In this document: piece after piece, positions 1-12,814 of the stretch
Position numbering within the stretch: the first letter of the stretch is position 1
How the letters are laid out: each line of letters starts with the position of its first letter
NCBI GenBank assembly: GCA_035221665.1
Contig: CM069140.1
Span: forward strand, 69,254,001-69,318,000
Length of the DNA: 64,000 bases
Direction: 5' to 3'
Source of the DNA: Okamejei kenojei
Lineage: Eukaryota
The notes under the pieces: model-generated
What the model saw: only the letters and a program-made list of their open reading frames with translations
Told to the model about the DNA's origin: nothing
Databases searched by the model: none
Position numbers and translations under genes: made by a program

Positions 1-1061
1 GTAGATGTAAATAGAGGTCTTTGATATAGCCAGTATAAGGCAGTAACCTGGCTCACCTCATTGTCGAGAGGCCACTACTTGACCATCTGATAAGTTCACC
101 TGGTGATACTTTCATATCAGTACATCGTAATATATGATGCAGGAGTAGGCCATTTGACCCTTTGAATCTTTGGCATTATTCAAGATCGTGGAAGAATTTT
201 CTTAACTTAAATCATCTCCCACCATCCCTACACTTCCTGTCTGTCCTAAATGCCCAGAAATATATCAATCTTGGTTGTGAATGTGGGGAGGATGTTTCCT
301 TTGACGTGCAGCTATGAGCCAGGGGCACCAAATGGAACGAGTTGGTCATTTGTGACCAAGGTGTGAAGAACTTTCTGCACACCTTGGTGCCAAATGGCCA
401 ACTCATTTCATTTTGGTGTCCATGGCTCTTGGCTCCATATCAGAAGAAATGTCCTCCCTGCATTCAGCCTACCTATAAGGATTTTGTATGTTTCAATTAT
501 CTCTGGCATTCTTCTAAACTGGCATAGGTTTAAGGTGAGAGGGAGGAGGTTTACATTGGATCTGAGTGGGATTTGTTTTTTACATAGAGGGTGCTTGGAA
601 TCTGGAATGCGCTGCTTGAACAGGTGGTGGAGGCAGATACTCTCATGATCGTAAGGAAATGTCTAGATAAGTAATTGAATCACCAAGGCATAGAAGTCTA
701 TGAATGTCATGTGGTTCAATACATTGAGTGGCTTGGTGGGCCGGAGGGTCTGTTTCTATGTTGTACTACTCTATAAATGTATAACATTTTGCAGTTTCCT
801 GATACCAGAATCTTATTTGGGCTGGCCAAAGCTAGATGTAAAGGAGTGTTTCAGATGTAGGCTAAATTCTTAAGCCGTTATAATTCTCTAGTTAGAGGTT
901 TGATTAAATACCCACCATTTCCAAGTAGCTGGAATAATTCTAAGAAACTTGATGGTATTGAGACAAAGTGTCCTTGCTATTGATCTCTATATATAACTAT
1001 CAAAACTCTCATGGCAACATTTTGTACTGCTAGGTGCATGCACTGCAACAACTTGCAAAGT

Positions 1062-1157
1062 GAGGCAGCATCTCCATAGATGCTGCCTCACCCACTGAGC
1101 TTCTCCAGCATTTTTGTCTACCTTTGATTTTCCAGCATCTGCAGTTCCTTCTTAAAT
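1062..1157 (+). mobile_element. Short Penelope-like terminal-repeat insertion with inverted 5' piece
   Basis: Family motif gatgctgcctcacccactgagcttctccagca...gcatctgcagttcc, flanked by the 12-bp direct repeat aacttgcaaagt (1050-1061, 1158-1169). Confidence 0.7.
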
Positions 1158-2519
1158 AACTTGCAAAGTTTGCCTCCTTTCCCTACAGTCTTCACTGTCA
1201 GATGGATAAAGTTCCCTTCCAACATCCTGACTTAGACACAGACTGCTCTTCCTATATTGTTACTGAATTGGTTTTGTGGTATACAACAAGAAGTTTCAAA
1301 ATCATCTCTTCAGAATAATGATTGGTAATCAAGGGTCATGCCAATGTAGCCACATAAATTTGAACAAATTAAGAAAATATAAGGGAAATCCAAAAAAAAA
1401 ACGGACTCAATACATTGACTTGAAGCAAATGGATTTAAGTTTTTCTTTGCTCTTTAATCGATTGACTGATCCGTCATTGGCAAAGGGTGCCTTTTTGATG
1501 TACATTTAAATATTGAGTTTAATGATGGACCAGATATGTGGCCTAGCATTTAATGCAAGCTGTTTCTTGGTGGATGTACTCCAAACATTTTTTACTTTGA
1601 ATTTATGTATCTTTGAACAAGTGGTGTTGACGGATTTCTTTCCACAGTTTTGTTTCCCACATCGTTATATAAAGTTATGATGTGAACTGTTAAATAAACT
1701 GATACATAACAAATGTATTGAAATGCATTGATTTTTGTTTTTCTCCTTTTGTTAACAGAAGTCAGGAAATAGCAGCTATTAGTTTAAACAATAGACTTGT
1801 CATTCACTGGTCAATTTGCCTTTCTTCTCTGTGAGTTGTGTACGTAGAAAAAACTGGTTAATTGAATTTTTTAAATATCAGGTGATAAAGATCCTGACAA
1901 ATTTGAAGAACATCTAAAAAAATCTGATTTTTATAATTTTCTTGGCACTATTTTATTTATGTTCTAGCTTCTCAATAAAGGCTGGTAGATTTGCTGAAGT
2001 TGCAGGCTTTTGCTAGCACGAATGAGCTAAAATGTGGTTGACTGAAGTGTTACTTTGTAATAGATTGGTATTATTTATATTTAATTTCCAACCATTGATT
2101 AAACTTTCGCTCATTGAAGGTTTCAGTACAAAATGGTATTCGTAGAAATATCCATTGATGCCTCAAAGTATTTTGTCAACTGTCAACTTGAGGGTGTTGC
2201 TGGCAATGCCAATATTTGATTTACAATGCTGAGAACTGTATTCCACATTCTGTATCTTCCTATTTGCTCTCCCCATTGTATTTCTCACTGTACCTCGATA
2301 CACATTACAATAATAAACCTAAATTTTACCTATCTAAATTTGCCCTGATGAAAATATCCTTATTGAGCTATTGTAGTCTGAAGAAGGAGCCCAATGCAAA
2401 ATGTCACCCAGCCATGTTCTCCAGAGATGCTGCCTGATCCGCTGAGTTATGCCAGTACTTTTTGGCAATTCCTTCTTTCTGCAGCTCTCTTATTTTTGGG
2501 TAATGTTCCAAAATATAGA

Positions 2520-2960
2520 TCCAAGGATAGTATGAGACTTGGGAATTGCAACTGTTGGTGTTCCCACGATTATCTTGGTGAGTTCAAAGCTGGTACGAGT
2601 AACTGTTGTCCATTTTGATGCAATTACATGGCTACTCAGTGCTGGAAGGGAGAAATTGTTACTGGTGGTGGGTTGCTAATCAAGGGAGCTGCTTTTTCCT
2701 GAATTTTGTTGAGCTTCATGTTTAATTGGAGTTACATTCATTCATGTAAGTGCAGACAGAGTATCCTACTCCTGACATGTGTCTTGTGCCTTGTGTAAAC
2801 GGTTTTGGGAGTCAGGGGTATTTGCAACAAGATACCCAGTCCCTGAAATACTTTTAGTCTTAGTACTTGCATGTCTAAAGCCAGTTGAGTTTCCAGTCAT
2901 TGGTGAACTGCAGGATGTTGATAGTTAGGGACTTGCAATGGTCATGTTTCTGAATGCCAA
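2520..2960 (-). mobile_element. Old degenerate CR1-like LINE fragment (third family)
   Basis: Patchy similarity by eye to 18360-18960 and to the reverse complement of the family ending at 36300-36762. Confidence 0.4.
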
Positions 2961-3194
2961 GTGTGGAAGGAGGGGAAGGCTAGAGTACTAAAATGGAAGA
3001 AGTACAAGTGAATTGTTACTTCACCCAAGATTGCTTAGGACCCTGGATTTTAATTTGGACAGCTACTCTGTGTGAAAAACTTTGCTCTCTGATCCTCTCA
3101 ATCTTCTCCCTCTCATTAAACCTAAACCTAATTACTTCGGATTCCTCACCATGGGAATATAATTATTTATTTGTACCCCATGTTACCCTGGTAA

Positions 3195-3815
3195 CACTTG
3201 GACTCTCTCCACACCATCACATCTTCTCTATACTTGACAACCAGCGTTGCATACCACTTTACACATGCAGACTACCCAATGTTTTGTAAAGTGGTCAATT
3301 GTGTCAGTAAATCCATGCCACATGCTTTCTTCATCACCTTATCCACCTGTATTGCCAGTTTCAGGAAACTGGCTCTGCGCCCCTCTGGTCACCAATACTC
3401 CTTTGGGACCCATCATTTACTGTATACATTCTACCATTATTTGACTTTCCAAAATTAATCGCCTCACTTGTTGGGATTGAATCCTGTCTAGCATTACTCC
3501 ATTCAACTTTCTAGCTGATCTACGCCTTGCTTAAAGCTTTTGACTACCTCCTTAGATATCTATAGACACCACAAACTTTATTTGTCATCTGCAAACATAC
3601 TAATCATACCTCCTACAACCAGAAAAAGTTGTTAATATATATCTCTAACCACGGGTCCTCGCACCAATCCTTGTTGTATACCTGTGATCACACACATCCA
3701 AACTGAAAAATAGCCCTCAAACACCATTCTTTGCATCCTATTACCAAGCCAATTGTTGCTCCAGTTTGCTAGCTTACTTCGAATGCCATGCATTCTAACC
3801 AGTAACTGACCTCCT
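3195..3815 (-). mobile_element. Old CR1 LINE reverse-transcriptase fragment
   Basis: Minus-strand ORF 3632-3874 has HGIRSKLANW..NWLGNRMQRMV.EG.FS.W..V..GIQQG.V.GP, a decayed CR1 RT GVPQGSVLGP region. Confidence 0.8.
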
Positions 3816-4727
3816 TTGAAAATATCAGTGACAAATCCAAATTTAGTTTTCACCGTTAAATCATTTATTACCATACAAATGTAATCGTTGTTACACTCTT
3901 AATCATAGTATTAAAATGTTGAATGCTTTTAAGATGTATTTTAACATCAGTGAAATTATTTCCTATAGTTTTGCATGGTTTTAATTTCCAGTTCAAACTA
4001 TGACAAAAGCTCAGTCCTAAAATAATGTTTCATTGAACTGGGATTAGTTTAGCAAGAGTTTTCAGGCTGAAGCCTTAGAACCACCATGAATTTCTGTCAG
4101 AAATGTTAACTGAAAAGATTTGAAAATAATTTTACTCTGGATGTTACGGGTGGCATTAACAGTTAAATTCAAAATCAGTTTATAAGATGCCTGTCTGTCT
4201 ACATTTTTTTTAAAAAAGCAAGCATTGACCTGCTTAAGGTTTACTATCTTAGAAGGAATCAGACCAGTGATCACTTATGCGTATGTTAAGCATGTCTCGG
4301 ATACAAAGCCAGAAATAATGACTTGAGTTGAGAGTCTGTTTTCAAAGAGAATTAAGTACGTTTTGGTATTTTGAATCTGCGATAAAATGTTTTTTAAATG
4401 CAAGGACACATTCAAATGCAGAATGTCAGAAAGTTGACAGTGAGATTACATTTATATAACAAGTTATGAGGCCACTGTTCATTTTTATTCCTACAGCTAC
4501 AGATCCAGCATTGAATTTGTAGTATATTGAAAGTTTATAATTTTGTTTGGACGTATTGATTATAATATTGAGGGTTTTTAAACTGCAAACATTTATTTCT
4601 CATTATTCAGAGGTTTCAAAGGTCTTTTATTGTCACGTGTACCTTAGCAATTATTAATAGTAAAAATAATTTCATTAGTGTGTATTTACCAGAGAAGGAA
4701 AATCTGAATGGTTTCTTTTAAGATGAG

Positions 4728-4823
4728 GGTACACAAAAAGCTGGAGAAACTCAGCGGGTGCAGCAGCATCTAAGGAGCGAAGGAGATAGGCGACGTTTCG
4801 GGTCGAGACCCTTCTTCAGACTA
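4728..4823 (-). mobile_element. Penelope-like terminal repeat with intact hammerhead core
   Basis: Reverse complement reads AGTCTGAAGAAGGGTCTCGACCCGAAACGTCGCCTATC followed by the family tail. Confidence 0.7.
4788..4822 (-). ncRNA. Minimal type I hammerhead ribozyme motif (antisense to TGFBR3)
   Basis: CUGAAGA, extra A, stem II GGGUC/GACCC, GAAA, palindromic ACGU helix III, GUC triplet. Stem I is weak in this copy. Confidence 0.65.
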
Positions 4824-5754
4824 AAGATGAATTGGCTATTGTACGTTGTCCATTAATATAAACAAGTGCAAAAAGAATCAACGTGTTGATGGGCACGTGG
4901 GAGAGAATGTCGCAGGAAGGTATGAAATGAGGAGTAGTGGAGAGGTGACGTGAGACTGATGGGAAGTGGCATGAACCCAATGGGCCAAATACTTATTATC
5001 AAAAAATAAGTAACTTGCAAATATTTCTACTTCTCTTTTGAATCCTGTATTGTTAAAAATAACGTTATCATTTATTTCAAATATCAAAGAACACTTGCAA
5101 TTTATGTGCTTCTGAGGGCATATTGCTGGACCTATCCAGTGGGACCACAGAGTAAAAATGACAGTGTGCAGTAAAACTATTTCAAAGTAATGATAATTTA
5201 TTATGTGAGAACTTATAGTATTTACTCGTGCCTTGTATTCATTAAGCACTCTAAAGCAAAGCACAAGGAAAAGTTTTGCTTCTTCGAATGAACTTTATCT
5301 CAGACCAGTCCACTTTGTCAAATGAGTTCCATTTGGTTGTAACTTTGGACCAGCTTATCACTGTCTCTCTCCACTTCTACACTGACCCTAGAAATACCTG
5401 GTGATCCTGAGGATGTGTAAACATGAACACTCAAGTGAAAAGTAGACCTGCCTGACGTTATTAGGAACTGATTTTAGTTTGTTTTCTAATAACCTAAATT
5501 AGTTATATTGGTTTATTAGTTATAAACAAATTATTGATGGGAAATTCTCTGGTTGACTAGCGATCAAGATTCAACCAATTCCTTAATTCAGCTGATTCAC
5601 CATCCAATTATTTTTATACAACTACACGCATAAGCATGGAAGTCTCAACTACCAGAGGTGAGAGTATGGAATGGTGAGATCCAGGTGTTTATATATTGGA
5701 ATCTCCATTAGTATTTCTATCAAACATTGTCTACTCAATCAATGGGATATGTGT

Positions 5755-5908
5755 GAAGAAGGTCTGAAGAAGGGTTCCGACCTGAAACGTTGCCTATTTG
5801 TTTTCTCCAGACTTGTTTTCTCCAGATGCTGCTTAACCTGTGGACTTACTCCAGCATTTTGTGTCCATCTTTGATGTAAACCTGTAACTTCAGTTCCTTC
5901 CTACACAA
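5755..5908 (+). mobile_element. Penelope-like terminal repeat with hammerhead-like motif
   Basis: AGGT-CTGAAGA-A-GGGTTCCGACCT-GAAACGTT-GCCT, then tccagatgctgcttaacctgtggacttactccagca...cagttccttcctacaca. Confidence 0.65.
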
Positions 5909-6794
5909 GTGACATCACTGGACAAGGCTGGTAGATGTTAATGGTGGAAGAAAATCTTACGTTTTCAAAGGTTCAAATTTAGTTCATATTTACCATTACT
6001 TTCTATAAAGCACTGTTCACATTTAAAAGGAAATGTCAATTGACATTTATTACCAGGCCAGGGTCATTTTTTAAACTTCCAGCATGGATTTGAACATAAA
6101 TTATGACTCCAGCATGACAGTTAAGAACATTGGAGAATTTGTATGTTAAAAGAAGCAAGCAGTTTTTTTTGTAAGACTGCAGAAACAATACTGAAGGGGA
6201 ATCTATGTGTCATATTATATTACTAATTGGTTACAATGAAGAAGCATGCAATATTGCATTTAATCTTTAAATTAGAAATCCTAAGCCAGTCCCTTCAGAA
6301 TCTTCTTTTGCACATTTATGATAGTAAGCATAGTTTTAAAGGATCAAGATGATCAGAAAATGTTTACGGTAAAGAAAATGTCAATGACTAAATATTTGGG
6401 TAACAAGCTACAAAAGTAAGCAGAGATGAGAAGCTGAATAAATAGTGGAAGCAGGGTAAAGCAACATGAATACTTTTCCTTCAATTACTGTGGCCATTGA
6501 AAAAAAGATAAGGATGGGAAAAGGGTGAATAACTTGGAAAAAACCCTCTACTGACATGTTCATTTATTATTGCACACTTTCAGTGAACAGATGCACTTCT
6601 GTGTAAGAGTAAAACAAAACGCAGAAGAAAAAGCAGAAAACTAAGATTAAGTTGAAACACTGAGCAGTATGCTGGAACAAGTTCCTCTTTAGCAGGAATG
6701 TTAACATGTCCACAGAATCTCCTCACTGCTCACCAATTCTTAAGTGAACTGACATTATAAACCATGTTCAACCCATGAGCTAAGTAGCTCCTTA

Positions 6795-7925
6795 GAGTCG
6801 TGGAGTCATAGAGTGATACAGTGTGGAAACAGGCCCTGCGCTTAGACCATATCCCTCCAAACCTGTCCTAGCCATGTAAGATAGAAACATAGAAAATAGG
6901 TGCAGGAGGAGGCCATTCGGACCTTCAAGCCAGCACCGCCATTCATTGTGATCATGGCTGATCGTCCCCGATCAATAACCCGTGCCTGCCTTCTCCTTAT
7001 ATCCCTTGACTCCACTAGCCCCTAGAGCTCAATCTAACTCTCTTAAATGCATCCAGTGACTTGGCCTCCACTGCCCTGTGTGGCAGGGAATTCCATAAAT
7101 TCTCAACTCTCTGTGTGAAAAAGTTTTTTCTCAGCTCAGTCTTAAATGACCTCCCCTTTATTCTAAGACTGTGGCCCCTGGTTCTGGACTCGCCCAACAT
7201 TGGGAACATTTTTCCTGCATCTAGCTTGTCCAGTCCTTTTATAATTGTATATGTTTCTATAACATCCTGCCTCATCCTTCTAAACTCCAGTGAATACAAG
7301 CCTAGTCTTTTCAATCTTTCCTCTTATGATAGTCCCGCCATCCCAGGGATCAATCTCGTGAACCTACGCTGCACTGCCTCAATCACAAGGATGTCCTTCC
7401 TCAAATTAGGAGACCAAAACTGTACACAATACTCCAGATGTGGTCTCACCAGAGCCCTATACCTGCCTAACTGTTTCTTAAATGATGGGATAGTCCCAGC
7501 CTCAACTACCTCCTCTGGCAGCTTGTTCCATACACCCACCACACATAGTGTGAAAAAGTTATCCCTTGGATTCCTATTAAATCTTTTCCCCTTCACCTTG
7601 GACCTATGTCCTCTGGTCCACGATTCTCCTACTCTGGGCAAAAGACTGTGCATCTACCCGATCTGTTCCTCTCATGATTTTGTATACCTGTATAAGATCT
7701 CCCCTCATCCTCCCACACTCCATGGAATAGAGACCCATCCTACTCAACCTTTCCCTATAGCTCACACCCTCGAGTCCCGGCAACATCCTCGTAAATCTTT
7801 TCTGAACCCTTTCAAGCTTGACAATATATTTCCTATAACATGGTGCCCAGAACTGATCACAATATTCAAAATGCGGTCTCACCAACGTCTTATACAACTG
7901 CAACATGATCTCCCAACTTCTATAC
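6795..7925 (-). mobile_element. CR1 LINE (family B, HER1-like) 3' fragment interrupted by a younger CR1
   Basis: Minus ORFs with LYKTLVRPHFEYCDQFWAP...LERVQKRFTRMLPGL and RTRGH. Tail agagtcatagagtgatacagtgtggaaacaggccct at 6795-6840. Confidence 0.9.
6880..7460 (-). mobile_element. Young CR1 LINE (family A) 3' fragment nested in family B copy
   Basis: [24 protein letters not shown]...LEFRRMR...ESRTRGHSLRIKG...NFFTQRVENLWNSLP, with the (atagaaac)n microsatellite tail. Confidence 0.92.
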
Positions 7926-7944
7926 TCTTTATGAACAAAGAGTC

Positions 7945-8300
7945 CTAAGAGACTGCAGATGCTAAAATCTTGAGCAAAACACACTGCTGGAGCAACTCAG
8001 CGGGGCAGGCCACATCTGTGGAGGGAATAGATAAACAATGTCTCGGCTCAGGACCTTTCTTCAGACTGGCCAGAACATGGTCGGAGAGTAGCAGGGATCA
8101 CAGTGGAGCAGTGAGACAAGGTCTCACAAAACCCCTGTTGGAGAGAAGAGTATTTCTTAAACGTGGGCATATTCTAAGGAGATTTTGCAGTCAAGTAGTA
8201 AATTGGAAACCAAGGTGTCTGAAGAAGGGTCCCCACCCAATACATTGCCCGTCCATTCTCTCCACAAATGTTGCCTCTCAGTGTTACTCCAATTCTTTGT
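7945..8300. mobile_element. Inverted pair of Penelope-like terminal repeats (degenerate)
   Basis: Minus arm 7945-8067 (ctgcagatgct...gctggagcaactcagcggggcagg...ttcagact) and plus arm from about 8217 (gtctgaagaagggtccccaccc). Confidence 0.6.
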
Positions 8301-10164
8301 GTTCAACTCCTTATAAACTGCTTTCACATGTTCCATCTCCTTCATTCTTTGTTCATGACCATTTTTGTGCTAGCTAATATCATTGGCATTGTGTTGCTTT
8401 TTCTTTTAAAAAAACAGAGCCACAGAAGAAAATCCAGTTATAAATGCAATCCCATGCCATTGTGCTATTCCTGACTTTGTCCATCCAGAGAATTCCAATT
8501 GTGACCAGATTTAGAAACAAAGCCTAGTTTTGGAAGGGAACAGGAGTTGGCTGGAGAAGAGTTATCTTGGCAAAGTATAAGGAAATGAGGAGGGAGAGCA
8601 GGCACAGTGCTCGTGGATGACAACAAACTAAAAACAAACTATAAAAATAGCTTCAGTAGTAGGCAATATTTGACTGAAAATATTGTCTTTCAAACATGCC
8701 ACCAACTGATATTTGCAGGTGAAAAACAAGTAAAAACACATGTTAGTGAGATTATATAATTCGTATGACGTGTAGTGTATTGTACTTAATAATATCAATC
8801 TCTGATAAGCCATGAATTTGTTGGTATCATCAACATACACTTGTCAGATAATCTTTTAATGGTGATATTATTTTGTTTAAAAAAATCAATTTTGCCAATT
8901 TGGTGTGAGCTTCAATATCTTATTATTTTACTTGCCAGCTATTTTGTATCATTACCGCATAGCTAAAACATTTTACTTCCGTATGACTTCTGAGGAATAT
9001 TTATCTGAAAATAAGTTTTTGTAGTTCAGCTTACAACAGCTGTGGAAGTGTAGACAGCTCATGTTGCAGTGAAATTTGATATTACTCGGTGTACGTTGCC
9101 ATGCTAGTGGAATAATGTAAATTTGGAGTAGTTGTTATGAATGATCAACCAACTGGTTTATTGCTATACCCGTCCAGTAGAAACCGCTCAATCAATTTAC
9201 GGATTGGTTGCATTGCCTTTCATCTGTTGTAACTCAATTCCAGGTTGTGACTTGTCACCTTTGCGGTAAAAACAAAATGGCATTTTAATGGCTCTGCTTA
9301 CTTTGATCATTTTTTAACATTTCTCTTTTGGTCTTGTGATACAATACAAATTGCTTTAACAGAACCTGGAAGCCTGAATCAGAGAATTGTTTTTATAGTT
9401 GGTTGCTGTGGCAATTCTCAGCCTTCCGTGAAACCATCGTCTCCTGGGAAACACAAACTTGTGCAGCTGCCTTTGGCCTATTGACATCAAGTATATCTAT
9501 TATGGAGCCACTGAAGAAAGGTTTCTTCTGATTTTGTTGCCATTATCTGAGTAGAATAGACAAACAGAATGTATGTTCAGTTTGCAGAAAATTGTGACAT
9601 ATCCATTCATGAATGGCACTATTGTTAATGCTTTATGTAGATTTGAGTGGAAAGCTACATCAGATAAAATCAAGAATGCTGTTTTTCCTGTTGTCAAACA
9701 CAGTGAAGTAAATATTTTTCCAAGATGATCAAAATGGTTAAGAAAGCATTTTTTCATCTCTTGATTTAGGAGAGTGTGTGATATGGATGATAGAAATGCA
9801 GAATTCGGTATCACTGTGGCCCTTAATTTGCAGTGCGTTATGCTCTCTGATTATTTAACTGGCAGCGGGTATGGCTATCGGAGAAGATGGACTTTGCCTG
9901 AATGAATGGGGCCTTTCAGTCAGTTTCCTTTGGGGAAGGTTTGAGCATTAAAAGCAGCAGAGCAATAGAGGCTGTGCCAGATGACCAGCACCACTATATA
10001 GAACATTTTCATCATTTTAACTGAAGTTCACGACTTGACTGAATTAAACTACTCGTACTATAACTTGGACTTTTGTCCCTGACACACATATTGCACTTAA
10101 ATAAAACTGGTAACCTTTCATAAATTAAGTCATATGACATCTTTGAATTGCTTTATGTTAAGAG

Positions 10165-10470
10165 GGTAACACAGCATCGGGAGAGTTGCTGCCTTGCAGC
10201 AGCAGAGACCAGGGTTTGATCCTAACTTCGAGTGCTGTCTGTGTGGCGTTTGTACGTTCTCCCTGTGACCATGTGGATTTCCTCAGGGTGCTCCAGTTTC
10301 CTCGCACACCCCAAAGACAGGCTGGTTTGTAGGTTTATTAGCTTCTGTAAATTACCCCTAGTGTGTAGGATGCAAAACTGGATTAACATAGAACTAGTGT
10401 ATGAGTAATCGAAGGTTGGCATAGATTCTGTGGGGTGAAGGGCCTGTCTCCGAGCTGTATCTCTAAACTC
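10165..10470 (+). mobile_element. tRNA-derived V-SINE (HE1-like)
   Basis: Box B-like gggtttgatcct, V-domain gtttgtacgttctccctgtgaccatgtggatttcctcagggtgctccagtttcctcgcacac, LINE-like tail gaagggcctgtctccgagctgtatctctaaact. Confidence 0.85.
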
Positions 10471-10719
10471 AACTTTCTTTCTAAGATACCTGCAGTGCCA
10501 CATGATTCGCATTGTAGTAACACTTAATGCAGCAGAAAGCATAGATGTGTATTGAAAAATTAGAAATTAAATTGGAAGTGAGACTAGGAAAATAAAGAAA
10601 GTAAATAAGCAATGCTGTTGTGTAATAGCAAAGAAAATCCAAAGATGTTTTAGAAGTAATAAAATTGGGTTACTAAGGAATGAGTAGGGCCTCTTGCGGA
10701 CCACAAATGTAACCCAGGA

Positions 10720-10846
10720 CATACAAGGAACTGCAGATTTTGGTTTACAAATAAAGATACAAATTGCTGGAGTAACTCAGCAGTTCAGGCAGCATCTCTG
10801 GAAAACGTGGATAGGTGTCGTTTCAGGTCAAGACCCTTCTAAGACA
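10720..10846 (-). mobile_element. Penelope-like terminal repeat
   Basis: aaggaactgcaga...tgctggagtaactcagcagttcaggcagcatctctgg...gtttcaggtcaagacccttc. Confidence 0.65.
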
Positions 10847-12064
10847 CGCAAACCACCTGTTGAACCTGATGTGAAAGGTTCCTATTACAAATCTTGGATT
10901 TATCTTCACAAAAAAGGGAATAGTGCCAGTGCTGTAGTTAAAGGGGGAAGTGTGAAATGCTTGCCAGATTAGACATAGTAAAGGGAAAACATTGACGGGT
11001 TGATTTAGCATGTTTCACAATGGATAAATTGCCAGGCCCAGATGAAATATATTCCTGGTTGTTAAAAGAAATGAGAACAAAATTGTGGAAGCTCCTATAC
11101 GTTTACAATTTTCCCTGGCAATTGGCGAGGTGCCAGAACATTTGAGGCCTATTAATATTTTATTGATGTAAAAAAAAAGAGGAAAAGATTAATTGGTAGG
11201 GACTGTATAAACCTTCTTCTAGAAAGGCACAGATTAATCAGCGACTAGTTAAATATACGATGAGTCTTAAAGCACATGGCTGGGATGTAGTGGGATCACC
11301 CTGTTCTGTTGTGTTGCTTCTGTTGCTCAGGGTGGATGTTGTCCTGTTAGATACAGCGGCACCTTTCTTCATAGTTATTCCAAGTACTTTGGAATTGGTT
11401 TGGATTGGTTCCTGGTCATAAAGTCATGGGCTGGATCGCACAGAAAACGTTTCATCAGCCCACCATGTTCATGTCTTTTACCCATCTACACTCATCCCAT
11501 TAGCCTGCACTGGGTCAATCTCTTCTGTGTCTTGCTTATTCAAGTGCTTGTCCAAATGCCTCTTAAATGTAAAATTATATATTTGATTCCGCCATCTCCT
11601 CTGGCAATCGGTTCTACAGTAGATATCAAACACACAATTCTTGCCCCCTATGTTTACATCCAAGGCGTCAATATACAATGTACAATCTGCTTCTAAAACT
11701 GTTCAGCAAGGAAAAATGCTGATACGTCAGCTGTAAGTAGGTAATAGTGATAACAGCAGGAGTTCTTTGTTTTTGTTTGACCTAATGCCTTGAGACTTTG
11801 AAGTCTGGAGCAAACTGAGAACTCCGTTGCTACAATCTTACAACTATATTTTACCAACTCTGGTGGGCCTGTTCCTCATGGGGCAGGATGATAATCAAGG
11901 ATAGTGATAAATGAGTCTCAGATGTTAACTGATAAAATAAAATCAACCAGTTGTGGGTGAAAACACTGTATTCTATCACAAACAGTTAGTGAAGAAAACA
12001 TTGTAGAATTGACTGGGGTAAGCTATTGTAACTAGCGACAACTATGTTAGTACTTGACAAATGC

Positions 12065-12290
12065 AGTTTAGTTTATTGTCACATGTACCGTGGTACGGTG
12101 AAAAGTTTTTGTTGTGTGTGCTGTCCAGGCAGCAGAAAGATAATACATGATTACAATTGAACCATTTACAGTGTAAAGATACATAAGGCAATGATGTTTG
12201 GTGCAGGGTAAAGCCAGCAAAGTCCGATCAAGGATAGTCCGAGGGTCACCAAAGATAGTAGTTCAGCACTGGTAGGATGATTCAGTTGCA
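12065..12290 (-). mobile_element. Rex1/Babar-like LINE 3' tail fragment
   Basis: gtttagtttattgtcacatgtaccgtggtacggtgaaaag is the reverse complement of the shared tail cttttcactgtacc..ggtacatgtgacaataaact. Confidence 0.6.
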
Positions 12291-12676
12291 AGTTACAAAA
12301 AATGATTGCCTTTCTCTTAATGCTTTTTGCTGCATTTTCTGAGCTGATTTGCATGTACATTATGTGTTCCGGCTTATGTACTTGTGCTAGGAATATCTGG
12401 TTCACTAATGAGCAATATATCCTTTTTAACAGTGAGCAGAAAAAATAGAGCGGTGACTTGTTTTACTTCCTGACATCCTTGATAATTTTGAGTTGATTAC
12501 AGTAATATCAAGTCTTATTGATCTTATAAAAAAGTGGAGCTGCATTACTTAACCTTTCACAAACATAGCACCTTGAACATCAGTAAAATGCAATAACTGA
12601 ATGTTATGTAAGAATTTTAAAGCAGATTTTAACTATAATAAATAATAATGTATGTTTGTTTTGCTTTTCCCAAAAG

Positions 12677-12814
12677 GTGACACTGAATTTAAGACCCATT
12701 TTCTCCATTGACGTCCATCAAAAGCCTTTGGTATTTGTGCTGAATTCCCCAAGACCTGTGGTTTGGATTGTAAAGGCAAAACAATTGGCACCAGGAGTAC
12801 AACGTCTGTTCCAT
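12677..12814 (+). CDS. TGFBR3: TGFBR3 coding exon (about human exon 4), orphan domain
   Basis: Acceptor ttttcccaaaag, donor gtaagt, 138 nt, phase 0-0. Translates to VTLNLRPIFSIDVHQKPLVFVLNSPRPVVWIVKAKQLAPGVQRLFH, matching remembered human VTLHLNPISSVHIHHKSVVFLLNSPHPLVW. Not in the supplied ORF track. Confidence 0.95.

Noticed and set aside
7061-7948. 295-aa plus-strand ORF, the longest in the track
   Set aside because: It is the antisense reading of two nested CR1 fragments, not a gene.
9965-9990. ggctgtgccaga (GCAR), a possible match to the GCASRG motif of the preceding TGFBR3 exon
   Set aside because: It is followed immediately by a stop codon and has no flanking similarity or splice sites. 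That exon is presumably upstream of the window.
10165-10235. tRNA gene-like A/B boxes at SINE heads
   Set aside because: They are degenerate and continuous with SINE bodies, so not functional tRNA genes.
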